From the human T2T-CHM13v2.0 reference genome, Homo sapiens: 64,000 nt of DNA. The DNA lies in assembly GCA_009914755.4 (NCBI GenBank), contig CP086569.2, positions 20,992,001 through 21,056,000 on the forward strand. The letters run 5' to 3'. This document shows positions 63,401 through 64,000 of the stretch, one piece after another (the first letter of the stretch is position 1; each line of letters opens with the position of its first letter). A program made the position numbers and the translations under genes. The notes beneath the pieces were generated by a model. The model saw only the letters and a list, made by a program, of their open reading frames with translations, was not told the origin of the DNA and ran no database searches.

Positions 63401-64000
63401 CCATCAGATATGTATAGAGTTTCTTCCTTCTGGCAGGTTCATTGTCTTGCTCACTTCAAGAATGAAGCTGCGGACCTTTACGGTGAGTGTCACAGCACTT
63501 AAAGGTGTTATGTCCAGAGTTTGTTCATTCAGATGTGTCCAGAATTTCTTCCTTCTGGCAGGTTCATGGTCTTGCTCACTTCAAGAATGAAGCTGCAGAC
63601 CGTTAGGGTGAGTGTTACAGCACTTAAAAGTGTTATGTCCAGAGTTTGTTCCTTCAGATGTGGCCAGAGTTTCTTCTTCTGGCAGGTTCATGGTCTTCCT
63701 CACTTTAAGAATGAAACTGCAGACCCTTACAGTGAGTGTTACAGCATTTAAACGTCTTATGTCCAGAGTTTGTTCTTTTAGATGTGCCCAGAGTTTCTTC
63801 CTTCTGGCAGGTTCATGGTCTTGCTCACTTCAAGAATGAAGCTGCAGACCTAGGTTTTGAGTGTTACAACACTTAAAGGTGTTATGTCCAGAGTTTGTAC
63901 CGTCAGATATGTCTAGAGTTTCTTCCTTCTGGCAGGTTCATGGTCTTGCTCACTTCAAGAATGAAGCTGCAGACCTTAGTGGTGAGTGTGACAGTAATTA

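Larger units (their letters stand above)
1..64000. repeat. Continuous tandem satellite array of about 125 bp monomers (about 510 copies), head-to-tail on the + strand as given; likely an LTR12/ERV9-derived satellite of the DYZ19 type
   Basis: A strict 125 bp periodicity is visible throughout. ORF starts at 14745, 14870 and 14995 are spaced by 125, and every monomer carries the same landmark strings (ggttcatggtcttgctcacttcaagaatgaagctgcagacc, ggtgagtgttacagcacttaaagg, gtccagagtttgttccttcagatgtgtccagagtttcttccttctggca). I found no non-repeat sequence anywhere in the window. The satellite call is high confidence. The family name (DYZ19 / LTR12-derived) is from recollection only. Confidence 0.93.

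Noticed and set aside
1-64000. The roughly 240 + strand ORFs of 60-160 aa in the supplied track, considered as protein-coding genes
   Set aside because: They are overlapping three-frame translations of the same 125 bp monomer, recurring with the repeat period, with no start or stop architecture independent of the repeat and no recognisable protein family. Stop-codon strand asymmetry fully explains them.
1-64000. CRISPR array
   Set aside because: The repeats are 125 bp and directly abutting, with no unique spacers, and the composition and CpG depletion look eukaryotic. It is a satellite.
1-64000. CENP-B box (YTTCGTTGGAARCGGGA) or other classical centromeric motif in the monomer
   Set aside because: The closest segment, ttcatggtcttgctcac, does not match the TTCG....A..CGGG core. 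The occasional ccttcgggcagg variants lack the upstream half. There is no basis to call this a centromeric alpha-like satellite.
1-64000. Telomeric or subtelomeric repeats (TTAGGG)n
   Set aside because: I saw no TTAGGG/CCCTAA runs. The isolated ctttagggtgag is just a monomer variant.
1-64000. Intact LTR retrotransposon or ERV provirus, suggested by the LTR12-like similarity
   Set aside because: Only a roughly 125 bp LTR-internal segment is present, reiterated. There are no CCAAT-box (GATTGGT) U3 repeats, no TG...CA LTR termini, no primer-binding site and no gag/pol/env-sized unique sequence.
1-64000. A novel, previously undescribed biological system (defence island, gene cluster and so on)
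   Set aside because: The window contains nothing but one satellite family. The interesting content is the array architecture (nested HORs, recent duplications, splice-site-bearing monomers), not a gene system.

Overview
The whole 64 kb window is one uninterrupted head-to-tail tandem satellite array. I found no protein-coding genes, RNA genes, mobile-element insertions, CRISPR arrays or unique sequence, and no novel biological system that I can defend.

**Monomer.** The unit is about 125 bp, giving roughly 510 monomers. My consensus is GGTTCATGGTCTTGCTCACTTCAAGAATGAAGCTGCAGACCTTAGTGGTGAGTGTTACAGCACTTAAAGGTGTTATGTCCAGAGTTTGTTCCTTCAGATGTGTCCAGAGTTTCTTCCTTCTGGCA. Length variants of 129-130 bp arise from 4-5 bp microduplications, AAGAATGAAG becoming AAGAAAGAATGAAG or AAGAATGAATGAAG. 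A few monomers are 122-124 bp.

**Identity.** I recognise the monomer as closely resembling an internal segment of primate ERV9/LTR12-type LTRs, with the CpG positions decayed to TpG/CpA. The 125 bp period and head-to-tail organisation match what I recall of the human Y-chromosome DYZ19 satellite. Both attributions come from memory and are unverified.

**Higher-order structure.** The array is not a simple ladder. It is a mosaic of higher-order repeat (HOR) blocks of several sizes: a 2759 bp block present in near-identical tandem copies, a super-period of about 7.77 kb, a 1628 bp 13-monomer family, periods of about 6.9 kb, 3.5 kb and 12.1 kb, and an exact 250 bp dimer duplication. It also shows single-monomer deletions, multi-monomer indels between HOR copies, local homogenised runs, and abrupt switches between near-identity and about 93-95% identity within one block pair.

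**ORF track.** All ORFs in the supplied track are frame artefacts of the repeat. The same three-frame translations of one monomer recur throughout, 125 is not a multiple of 3, and the minus strand is stop-dense. None is a supportable CDS.
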